A DNA stretch of 64,000 nt from a virus (taxonomy: Duplodnaviria > Caudoviricetes): the IMG/VR virus record IMGVR_UViG_3300035661_000004; one strand, written 5' to 3'. The position numbers were made by a program, and so were the translations under genes. Of this stretch, positions 52,294 to 60,581 are shown in pieces (the first letter of the stretch is position 1; every line of letters starts with the position of its first letter). The notes beneath the pieces were generated by a model. It searched no databases. It was not told where the DNA came from and saw nothing but the letters and a program-made list of their open reading frames with translations.

Positions 52294-52874
52294 TCGGTAC
52301 CCCAGCTACCGCCGCTATCAGACGGCGATGGCCCGGGTTCAGGCAAAGACGACGGCGAGTCACAGCTATAGCTGTAACTCGGCGCTGGCGAAGGAGCTGG
52401 CTCGTAGCAAGGCGCCGGGACAGGCTCAGGCGCCTGGCACACGGGCTCTGGGCTTGGCGAAGGTGCCAACCATGTAGACAAGCCGGCGTCAGGTGTGATG
52501 AGCACGGATTGTTGGTCATCGTCATTCCGCCGACGCAGCGCCCGCGCTTCCTCTTCGGCGAGCAACAGCGCCGCAGCCGTAGCAGCCGCACGTTGGTTCT
52601 CAAGGTAGAGGCGATCAGCTTCACCCTCATCACGCCTTTGCTGCATCTGAGCGAGCGAGCTGTGGTAGGGCATCGGCAGCGATGGCATGCGAGGCACCGC
52701 TTTAGCCGCGGGCGCTGCCTTGACTGCAGGCATTGACGGCGTCGTCATCTTGACTTCAGCCTTTCGAGGCCAAGGCTTGTCAGGCTCGCCGTATGCTGAT
52801 TTAGGGATAAGCAGCGGCTCCTCGACAAAGAGCCAGCTCCACAGGAGCTTCGGGACCCAGTTAGGGCGTTGCAT
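52290..52874 (-). CDS. Pro/Ser-rich low-complexity protein
   Basis: From MQRPNW; PAPSP repeats and DSGGS tail. Confidence 0.6.
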   Translation of the reverse strand: MQRPNWVPKLLWSWLFVEEPLLIPKSAYGEPDKPWPRKAEVKMTTPSMPAVKAAPAAKAVPRMPSLPMPYHSSLAQMQQRRDEGEADRLYLENQRAAATAAALLLAEEEARALRRRNDDDQQSVLITPDAGLSTWLAPSPSPEPVCQAPEPVPAPCYEPAPSPAPSYSYSCDSPSSLPEPGPSPSDSGGSWGTD

Positions 52875-53206
52875 CGCGTTTCCTTTGCTCCAGAGCTTTA
52901 CACGCCTCACCCGCGAGCTGGAGCAACTCAGGGTCAAGGTCATCAAAAAACACCGGTTCGCATCTGCTCGAGCAGCTTGTTGATCCGAAGCTGACTTTCA
53001 GTCAAGTCGACCCACACGAGCAGCTGGCCACAAACCTCAAGCAGCTCATTGCTACGGAGGTGGTTTGCGTTTGGTCCGCATGGGAGGCCTCGAGGCAAGC
53101 CGTCGCCGATGTAGAGGCCTAGGCCGTCGGCGGGCAGCTTGTTGCCTTTGCTCATGCTATAGAGCAGGTCGATCATCTCTTGGAGACGCTCACGAGAAAC
53201 TAGCAT
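52861..53206 (-). pseudogene. Frameshifted hypothetical protein
   Basis: Removing one T from the six-T run (52945-52950) extends ...MRTGVF into DDLDPELLQLAGEACKALEQRKRDATP. Confidence 0.6.
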
Positions 53207-53212
53207 GTTGAC

Positions 53213-53467
53213 CTACGTCCTCCATGTTAAACGACCGCCAAGTGCCGTTCCGGTAGGCTGGGAGATGATTTCCTTGAGGAAGGCCTCATAGGCACCGTCC
53301 GAGCTAAACTCACGCTTGTAGCTGGTGAGGACCGAGGCTGAAGGGCCAAGGGTGTTCCGCACAGCATCAGCCACGTCAACGCCAATGTCAATCAATACGG
53401 CTGGACCGCCATAGCCTAGCTGCGCTCGCTGTGAGTCTGTCAATGTTCGGATGAGCTTCATGTGCAT
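53213..53467 (-). CDS. Hypothetical protein
   Basis: 84 aa; leaderless start 7 nt after TACAAT (53475-53480). Confidence 0.6.
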   Translation of the reverse strand: MHMKLIRTLTDSQRAQLGYGGPAVLIDIGVDVADAVRNTLGPSASVLTSYKREFSSDGAYEAFLKEIISQPTGTALGGRLTWRT

Positions 53468-53766
53468 CAGTAGAATTGTATCTGATGCCGACCTGGATGT
53501 AAACGGTCAAGAAGAGTCGTGGCTTTCTGGAAGATGTAAGGGCGCTTGATGTAGGTCCACTTCGTCTCGAGCTTCTGAAGCGCGTCGACTTGAGCGCTCG
53601 ACGCGCTCGCCTCGGTGAAGAAGGCTGAAGCGCCGACCAGGTGCCGCTTGTTGCGCCCATCGATGGCCCAGCTCCACTTACGGACCACGATCTCGCAGCG
53701 CATCACCTTGATCGGGCGCCACGGGTACTTGAGCTCGACGACGATGTACACGTCAACGTGGTTCAT
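53467..53766 (-). CDS. Hypothetical protein
   Basis: 99 aa. Confidence 0.55.
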   Translation of the reverse strand: MNHVDVYIVVELKYPWRPIKVMRCEIVVRKWSWAIDGRNKRHLVGASAFFTEASASSAQVDALQKLETKWTYIKRPYIFQKATTLLDRLHPGRHQIQFY

Positions 53767-54111
53767 TCAAACCCTTCGCCACGCATCACGTCGATGATTT
53801 CGGTGTAAGCCGAACGGACGCCGTCATCGATGCCCCTCGTGCCTTGCTGGATGGATGAACAGGGTTGTGACCCGCTTCTTGCTTGAGTTAACGAGCGCGC
53901 AAGACTGTGTGGGCGTCAAGCCAGTTCCATTGCCAAACGGCTGTGTGAGCACGAACGTGCTCATGGTGTCAACCATGTCGCTGATAGCGGCTGCCAGGCC
54001 ATCACGCCCCTTCTCCATGAAGCCAAAGAAGAGCAGGTCAACGAAGAATGGGTGCAGGTCATTGAACGTGCAGCTCTTCAACGCTTTGCCATTGATCTCA
54101 GGGTAAACCAT
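53763..54111 (-). pseudogene. Hypothetical protein disrupted by a 4-nt duplication
   Basis: GGAT-GGAT at 53849-53856; removal gives ...TTLFIQQGTRGIDDGVRSAY...GFE-stop with an ATGA overlap. Confidence 0.55.
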
Positions 54112-54121
54112 GATGGGGCTC

Positions 54122-54991
54122 CTAAAGAGACGCTATCTCTAGCAGGTTGTTGGGCTCGTAGCCTTCGCCGTTGCCGTCGATGACTTCGTAGCCGCGCGGG
54201 TTTGACATCACCCACATGCCGTAGGCTGGGTTGTACCGCTTGGGCTGGTGGACATGGCCGTGCACCCAGAGGCACACGTCCTTGCAATGGGTCTGCATGG
54301 ACTCGGTCAGGTTGGAAAAGTACCAGTAGTCGGTGTCGTCGGCGCGACGGGCGGTGTCCAGCGATTCATAATGCGGCGTCATGTGGGTGACGATCACGAC
54401 CTTCTGGCCTGGCTCATCGGCCTTGCAGTTGGTGAAGATGTACTTCGCTGTCTGGCGGTGCAGGTCAAAGAAGTCAGTATGCCGAACCCTGCGGCGCACA
54501 CGGGTGTCACCGTATGTGATGTGCCTGAAGTCATTGCCCATCGTCTTGGCGATGTGCTCAGCGATGATTGGGCTACGGTTGAAGTCCGTCCACAGCGTGC
54601 CGCCCAAGAACTTGACTCCGCTGTGTACCAGCGTGTCCCGCTCAAGCAGGGTGACGTTCGGCAAGGCGGCGCAATGCTTGCGAGCCTTCCGCACGGCTGA
54701 TTGTAGGCTCAAGCCCCAGTAGTCATGGTTGCCAAGCACGACGATGACATGCTCGAAACGTTTAGCAACGTTGCTGATCCATGACCGGCCGTCTGCCGTC
54801 ACTTTGAAAGGCAGGTTGTCGGTCCACAGGTCACCTGCAAGGATCAGGATTGACTCGCTGTCCTGCAGCAACACGCTCGGAGCCCAGACCTGCTCGACTC
54901 GGGTGTAAGGCACGAGCGGGCGACCCTTGTCATTGCAAGGAATGTCAAAGTCAAGGTGGATGTCGCTGTAGACGCGCAAGTACTTAGCCAC
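54122..54991 (-). CDS. Calcineurin-like metallophosphoesterase
   Basis: SDIHL, AGDL, GNHDY, THM, HGHVH. Confidence 0.9.
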   Translation of the reverse strand: MAKYLRVYSDIHLDFDIPCNDKGRPLVPYTRVEQVWAPSVLLQDSESILILAGDLWTDNLPFKVTADGRSWISNVAKRFEHVIVVLGNHDYWGLSLQSAVRKARKHCAALPNVTLLERDTLVHSGVKFLGGTLWTDFNRSPIIAEHIAKTMGNDFRHITYGDTRVRRRVRHTDFFDLHRQTAKYIFTNCKADEPGQKVVIVTHMTPHYESLDTARRADDTDYWYFSNLTESMQTHCKDVCLWVHGHVHQPKRYNPAYGMWVMSNPRGYEVIDGNGEGYEPNNLLEIASL

Positions 54992-55646
54992 GGCGTTTCC
55001 TCAAGGCGATCAAGCCAATGCCAGCAGCGAGCATGTACCAGCTCGGCGGCTCAGGGATGGGTGGAGCCGGCGGCAGCGGCGGTACGTAGACCGTGACAAG
55101 CCTGTTGATCGAAGAGTCAAACGATATCAGCTTCATGGACGGCGCACCAAGGGTCAAAGTCTCGGGAGCATCTGTCTCAAGCGGCATGGGCTCCAAGCTT
55201 AGCACCGGCGCTGGCTCTAGCGCAATGGCTTCGCGCTGAATCGGCTCGACACGTGCGGCCATGGCTCGGAGCTTAGGCTGTCGGTTGACACGGCTCAGGT
55301 TGCCACAGACTGTAGGCAAGGCGACGCAGTAGTCAGTCGAGCAGAAGATCATGGCACGTTCGGTTTGGCCTTCTGTCCAGGCGCTGCGGTCAACCTCATG
55401 GCATAGCTTATTGGCTCCGAAGTGCATGTCAAACAGCGGTCCGAAATCGCTGCTTACTGAGTCACGCGTGATGGTCACGAGCGTGTCATAGCTCTTGCTT
55501 GCGAGCAGCTCCTTCAAGCGAATACGGTCAGCGCTCGGGATGTCCGAGTAGTGGTCAATCGCAGCGGCAGGGTCTCCTGTGAAGCGGTTAGCCCCAGGAT
55601 GCGCCCACGAGCAGGACGCGATGAGGGCGAGGGTGGCAACAGGCAT
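54984..55646 (-). CDS. MHFG-family PEP-CTERM protein
   Basis: CSWAHPGANRFTG, MHFG...C..VDRS.W....ERA..FC....CV..PTVCGN.SRV; C-terminal IPEP-TM-RKRR sorting signal. Confidence 0.85.
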   Translation of the reverse strand: MPVATLALIASCSWAHPGANRFTGDPAAAIDHYSDIPSADRIRLKELLASKSYDTLVTITRDSVSSDFGPLFDMHFGANKLCHEVDRSAWTEGQTERAMIFCSTDYCVALPTVCGNLSRVNRQPKLRAMAARVEPIQREAIALEPAPVLSLEPMPLETDAPETLTLGAPSMKLISFDSSINRLVTVYVPPLPPAPPIPEPPSWYMLAAGIGLIALRKRRG

Positions 55647-56932
55647 TAGATCATCCAGGACTTGACATCAGCTGCGGTCGGGCCGTAGCTACAGAGCGTA
55701 ACCGTGATGTCACGGCCTAGCTCTCGAGCGATGGCCTGCGGCAGGTCAGCGCTCAGCACCGTGGTCAGCTGACCTGCCACGGTAACGATGTTTACTTCAG
55801 GGCCAAGCTGATCAAGGCATGTGACCATCAGCTGAGGTCGCTTGACCACTAAGCCTCGCGAGAGCACAGCGGCTGACTTGTGTGTGCGGGCCACGTCAGC
55901 GTCAATCAATCCCTTCATGCGCAACAGGTTAAGCGGCGCACGGCGCAGCGAACCTTGCCACTGGTTATCAACGTTGGTAGCATCTGCCAGCTCTTTAGCT
56001 GTGATCGGCTCGAATTCAAAGCTCAGCGGGCCAGCGCCGTGCCTCGTTGTGTAAGCCCGAGTAATGTACAAGGGCTCGATCTCAAAGACATTGAGCTCGT
56101 AAGCCGCAACGGCGCCGGCAGCCAACAGGCCGGTAACCGACCGCGTGACGTAGGGGAAGTCACCCAACTGCTCGTCGAGAGCCAAGCCCTGTGCGCCTTC
56201 AAGGATGTAATCCTGGCCGTCGGCCATCGAGCCGATCAGGTGGTCCAAGCCTGCCTTGTCCAAGATCGTGAACGCTGGCATGAGCTCCGCTTGCAAGAAC
56301 TCGGCTTGCTGTTGGTAGTTCGAGGGGCGCAACATCCTAGCATAGACATCATGCTGGACAAGGTCGTTCTCTGTGATGCCAAGCTGCTCGAGGCGGTGGG
56401 GCACGTAAGTCTCGCAGATGTCCTTGAGCAAGTGCGCGAGCTCTTCAGGCTTTGCACGGATGACTTGCTGAGTTCGCAACGGAAAGCCTGCATCGGTGCG
56501 GGTCACAGTCTCGTTGATGCCCATGCCGCACGAGCCGTGCCGTGAGATGCCGCGGCTCAGCTCAGCAAGCGAGTTAATGGCCATGTCATAGACGGTGGTC
56601 ACGCTGCATTGCGGGTGGGTGAGAAGCTGTGGACGGTCTACGCCGACGACGTTCAACGCCGCCAGCTCCTTGTGGAGGGTGTACGGGTTGATGATGAACC
56701 TACTCGAGAGGTAGGTGCGAGCGCCTGGGACGAAGGAGCCGGCCCCTACATGCTGGAACACGTGGCGCTTGCCGTCAGCCGTCACTACCGTATGGCCTGC
56801 TTGCCCGCCGCCGTTGAAGCGGACAATGACCGGCTTCCAGCCTCGCAGCGCGTGCTGGTGAGCGAGGTAGTCAACCGTTAGACCTTTGCCCTCATCTCCG
56901 TAGTTAGCGCCGATCACGGCAATTGCTTTCAT
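55646..56932 (-). CDS. purA: Adenylosuccinate synthetase-like protein
   Basis: GANYGDEGKG, RFNGG.QAGHTV, GSCGMG, LEGAQG..LD, R.Y.TRHG.GP; catalytic Asp of GDEGKG retained. Confidence 0.88.
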   Translation of the reverse strand: MKAIAVIGANYGDEGKGLTVDYLAHQHALRGWKPVIVRFNGGGQAGHTVVTADGKRHVFQHVGAGSFVPGARTYLSSRFIINPYTLHKELAALNVVGVDRPQLLTHPQCSVTTVYDMAINSLAELSRGISRHGSCGMGINETVTRTDAGFPLRTQQVIRAKPEELAHLLKDICETYVPHRLEQLGITENDLVQHDVYARMLRPSNYQQQAEFLQAELMPAFTILDKAGLDHLIGSMADGQDYILEGAQGLALDEQLGDFPYVTRSVTGLLAAGAVAAYELNVFEIEPLYITRAYTTRHGAGPLSFEFEPITAKELADATNVDNQWQGSLRRAPLNLLRMKGLIDADVARTHKSAAVLSRGLVVKRPQLMVTCLDQLGPEVNIVTVAGQLTTVLSADLPQAIARELGRDITVTLCSYGPTAADVKSWMI

Positions 56933-56985
56933 GCGGTCTCCTATGGGATGGTTGATAGTATATCAAAAAGCAAGCTATGTAAAGT

Positions 56986-57011
56986 AAAAACAGCGCCCGA
57001 AGGCGCTGTTA
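56986..57011 (-). terminator. Intrinsic terminator
   Basis: AACAGCGCC-TTCG-GGCGCTGTTTTT on the minus strand. Confidence 0.8.
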
Positions 57012-57183
57012 CCAAAAAAAACTGGTTTGAGTGGGTCAGGCTTGAGCTTTGGCTTGCGGCGCTCGAAGTTGAGCCCTGGATAATTACCGCATTCTCCTCT
57101 CTTGAGGTAAGCCGAGGCGCTCTTGGTCACACGGGCGTTAAGCACCTTAGCACCCTGCTCATAGCTTCAAGCCTTACACCAGC

Positions 57184-58083
57184 TCACACCGTTTCAGCGA
57201 GGGCGTTGCCGAAGGCGTGCTCGAGCAGGGTGCTTTGGTCGGCAGAAGCGATGACCTTGCCGATTTCAGCGCCGCGGACGATCTTCAGGGTCGCCAGGAT
57301 CAGGTCAGGCAGAGCGCGGAAGTCCTTGAGGAACAGGACGTTCGGGCCCATCAGGTCAGTCCAGGTGCGCCGCACAGCTTCGGAGCATGTGCGGGCGTAG
57401 TCGCCCTGCTCGATGACAATGTGGAACACGTGGTAGCGCTCCTTGGCCTCGGCCAGCATCTCGGCCGGCGTCATGTCCTGGTACTCGCCCGTGCCGAACA
57501 CCTGGCGGAACTTGTCAGCGGTCATGGTCCGATACGGCGCTTCCTCGTCGCCCATCGTGAAGAGAAAGCCCTTCTCGCCCCGCTTGTCGAAGCAGTCGAT
57601 CTTGGTCTTGTGGGCCGCAAAGTACCACGGCAGGTCGTAGCTCTCTGATCGGTTGCCGCCGCCGCCTGAGACCAAGAAGATCTCGCGCAGCTGCTCGAGG
57701 ATCCGCAGGTCGGCTTCGAACTGGCTCACCTGCAGCGAGTCACGCACCTTGTAGGTGTGGGCGTCATCGACGCCCATGAACATGATGTGCGGGTTCGAGA
57801 CCGGCTTGTCGGTCATGATCGCCGTCATCAGCGCCGGCAGGCCTTCCTTGGCGATTAGCGCAGCGTACTCACCCATGGAGCCTGTCACGTCGAGCGCGAA
57901 GATCAGCGGCGTGCTGGCCGGGTTGTCAACCGAGTCACAGGACTCGCGGATCGTCACCCGTTGCGGATCGAGCGCCGCCGGTACCGACGAGCTGGCGAAG
58001 ACCTCGCGCGTCGACTTCGTTGTGTATGCCGTGCGGGCCGAGTAGTCCTCGTAGTCCCGCGAATTCCATGTTCCACCACCCAT
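57184..58083 (-). CDS. vWA-domain protein
   Basis: From MGGGTW; LDVTGSMG MIDAS, QVSQFE, GGGGN..ESY, FTMGDE. Confidence 0.85.
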   Translation of the reverse strand: MGGGTWNSRDYEDYSARTAYTTKSTREVFASSSVPAALDPQRVTIRESCDSVDNPASTPLIFALDVTGSMGEYAALIAKEGLPALMTAIMTDKPVSNPHIMFMGVDDAHTYKVRDSLQVSQFEADLRILEQLREIFLVSGGGGNRSESYDLPWYFAAHKTKIDCFDKRGEKGFLFTMGDEEAPYRTMTADKFRQVFGTGEYQDMTPAEMLAEAKERYHVFHIVIEQGDYARTCSEAVRRTWTDLMGPNVLFLKDFRALPDLILATLKIVRGAEIGKVIASADQSTLLEHAFGNALAETV

Positions 58084-58093
58084 GATGGGCTCC

Positions 58094-58531
58094 TTAAAGA
58101 GGTTTGTGTTGAGCGTGCTTCCGAGCCACGCGTTCGTAGACAAGGCCAAGGCCTGCTACACAGACAGATGACGCCCACACAGAGCGCCCGTTAACACCTT
58201 CTGGCAGTACGAGCGGAGCGAGGGATACAACGATGACCTGGTCTTGCCCACGGTCGAGCGAAGCGTTGTCGAGAAACTCTCGAATGACGCATGCATCCTT
58301 GGTCACGACACGGCCAAGCTTGTTGACGCCGTCATGCAGCATCACGGCGTCAGGGTCAAGCCTGTTGTTGGTGTCGGCTACCAGGTAGAGCTGTTGCTCA
58401 CCCAGCGGCTGGTTTGACACCTGCACGAGACGACTGAAGGCTTCCTTGACGCCTACAACAGTGACCTTTGACAGCATCTTGCTGACCGAGGCCGAGAGCG
58501 GCTCAAGCCCACTGAAGAGCTTAAACCGCAC
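58094..58531 (-). CDS. HIRAN-like domain protein
   Basis: LYL..D..N..DPDAV.......KLGRV pattern. Confidence 0.55.
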   Translation of the reverse strand: MRFKLFSGLEPLSASVSKMLSKVTVVGVKEAFSRLVQVSNQPLGEQQLYLVADTNNRLDPDAVMLHDGVNKLGRVVTKDACVIREFLDNASLDRGQDQVIVVSLAPLVLPEGVNGRSVWASSVCVAGLGLVYERVARKHAQHKPL

Positions 58532-58548
58532 ACGACCGCCGGATTCGA

Positions 58549-59337
58549 TCAGCGATTGCGAAAAGGGCCGCCGACCGAGCCGGAGTTGTCATAGCTGTCA
58601 CGCTTGTTGCGCTTACCGACGCCACCACCCATCAGCTTGGCCATCAGCATGGTCTGCATCATCTGGTTCATGCCGTTGGCAGCGCCAGGATCAGCTTGGC
58701 CCGTGCCCATCAGTGCGCCGACGCCACCCATCTGGGACATCAGCATCATCGGCATGATGTCCTCGAGGTCGCCGCTGTCACTGCCGAACATGCCCATCAT
58801 CATCATCATGTTCTGCATCTGGCCCAGACCACCTTGGCCGCCCGGCAGCATCGAGATCAGCGAGCGCACGACCATGACGCCGCTGGTGTCCAGGCCGAGG
58901 ACCACGACCTTGGGAGCGCGGTACTTGGTGGTGGTGCCGTCGGCGCGCAGGAGCTCGAAGGAGACGTTGACCTTGACAGGCTGCGGGACAACGCCGGCGA
59001 CCACTGCCGCGTCATACGCGTTGCGGGAGGCCTTGTCCTCGGTCTCGATGCGGGCGACGACCCATGCTGGCTTGTCATTGGCCTGCAAGATCATGTCGCC
59101 GACCTTGACATCGCTGATCGAGGTTTGCTGAGCGAAGGCCGGCACGGCCATGCTGAACTGCTCGACCAGGTTGGTCGTGATGGTGGCGCCGTCGCCTTCG
59201 CCGTCGATGGAGGAGATGCCGCCGTTGCTGAGGATGCCGATCTTGCCGGTCATCATGTCCCAAACAACGTTGTCGACTTTGCGGAAGATCCGCGACATCA
59301 TCGTTCCAGGGTTGAAGAATTTGTTGGTGTCAAACAT
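58549..59337 (-). CDS. Hypothetical protein with Met/Gly-rich C-terminus
   Basis: 262 aa; QNMMMMMGM and MMPMMLMSQM tracts; AAGGA RBS. Confidence 0.75.
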   Translation of the reverse strand: MFDTNKFFNPGTMMSRIFRKVDNVVWDMMTGKIGILSNGGISSIDGEGDGATITTNLVEQFSMAVPAFAQQTSISDVKVGDMILQANDKPAWVVARIETEDKASRNAYDAAVVAGVVPQPVKVNVSFELLRADGTTTKYRAPKVVVLGLDTSGVMVVRSLISMLPGGQGGLGQMQNMMMMMGMFGSDSGDLEDIMPMMLMSQMGGVGALMGTGQADPGAANGMNQMMQTMLMAKLMGGGVGKRNKRDSYDNSGSVGGPFRNR

Positions 59338-59523
59338 GTAGTGTCCTTGAGCGTTTGAGTTGAAAACGCTTGGTAAACCCCAAGCTGGCTGTTGCTTGTG
59401 GGAATGAGACTACGGGGGATGCTGCTGAGGCATTTGAAGCTCCTTCAAATGTAGAAGCCGGCGGTATCTTTTACCAGCGGCGGGGTATTTACTGCTTGAT
59501 TATACACCATTTTCATCGCGGTG

Positions 59524-60141
59524 TTATTTGGTCAAGTCAGCCAAGGTCAGCTTGCGTAGTGTGCCTGTCATTCCGTAGGCTCCGGCCTGCTCAGCTTGTG
59601 CGCCGTCAAACATGGTCGCTCGCTCGAGGCCAGCAGCCCACATTCGGCCGTTGTCATCGATCATCCAACCATCACCCACGCCGCTGAAGAGCGCGTCGCC
59701 AGCATAGCGAAAGTAGGCACGGCTGATGTCCTCGTCTGAGTAGGTGCGGCGGGCGGCTGCAAGCGCCTGCTCTCCCTTGCGCAAAGCCTTGTAGCCTCGC
59801 GCTGTACGCTCAGCAAAGTACGGGTCACCACGGCTCATATCGGCGCACATCGACAACGAGCCATGTAGGCTCACGGTGGCCGCGTAAAGGCGCTTGACCT
59901 CAAGCAAAAGCTCATCCTTGCTCAGGTTGTCCCATGGGGTCTCGCCAAATTCAAGAGGCATGTCAAACTTTCTTGCCTTGAGCCCGACCGCAAAGGCTGC
60001 ACGTCCGGCGCTGTCTAAATTCGAAGCCGATAGGGGTCGACCTACTCCATTGATTCCAGCTATGAAAGCCGAAACGGCAGAAGAGGCGTGCCCAGAAAGA
60101 CCGATAAGTTTTGAGCGCAGCCGGTCGAACAGGTTTTGCAT
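59524..60141 (-). CDS. Hypothetical protein
   Basis: 205-aa ORF in co-directional run. Confidence 0.6.
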   Translation of the reverse strand: MQNLFDRLRSKLIGLSGHASSAVSAFIAGINGVGRPLSASNLDSAGRAAFAVGLKARKFDMPLEFGETPWDNLSKDELLLEVKRLYAATVSLHGSLSMCADMSRGDPYFAERTARGYKALRKGEQALAAARRTYSDEDISRAYFRYAGDALFSGVGDGWMIDDNGRMWAAGLERATMFDGAQAEQAGAYGMTGTLRKLTLADLTK

Positions 60142-60149
60142 TGGCTCGC

Positions 60150-60581
60150 TTATGCATGCTGCTTCCAGAGGTCATACGCCGCAAAGACCCCTTCGTTGTA
60201 CTTAGCGAACGGTGAGACGCCCGCATTAGTCAGCTCGTCTCGAGTCAGCCAGTCAATGACCAGGCCCTCCTCAGCTGTCAGCCCGGTCAACGGGAATTCA
60301 CGGCCCATCCAGAGATAGGTCGTGACCCAGTAGTTGACCTTGCCTGGGCAGAAGCCTGCATAGAGCGGCTGAAAGTCCGTCAAGAAGCTGCTCAGGTCAA
60401 CCTCTTCGGCGGTCTCGCGGCCAATGGCTTCAGCGTCCGACTCGCCTGGGTCAACCTTGCCGCCCGGCAAGCCGAAGCGCGATGCGTTCTTGCGGCGTGA
60501 CACGGCGAGGAAGAGATTGTCTGGGACATAGCCACCTTTGACGGAGCTGCCAGACACCAGCAAGCAGACGGCGGTTTTCAC
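60150..60581 (-). CDS. NUDIX hydrolase
   Basis: GLPGGKVDPGESDAEAIGRETAEEV; GTG start overlapping the ligase stop. Confidence 0.88.
   Translation of the reverse strand: MKTAVCLLVSGSSVKGGYVPDNLFLAVSRRKNASRFGLPGGKVDPGESDAEAIGRETAEEVDLSSFLTDFQPLYAGFCPGKVNYWVTTYLWMGREFPLTGLTAEEGLVIDWLTRDELTNAGVSPFAKYNEGVFAAYDLWKQHA

Noticed and set aside
55646-56932. Possible PurZ (2-aminoadenine DNA pathway)
   Set aside because: The catalytic Asp of GDEGKG is retained, whereas PurZ replaces it (GSTGKG type); no dATPase or MazZ partner is evident in the window.
57012-57183. Small minus-strand ORF after the vWA gene
   Set aside because: The coding-like frame is interrupted by an early TGA and runs into the terminator; at most a remnant.
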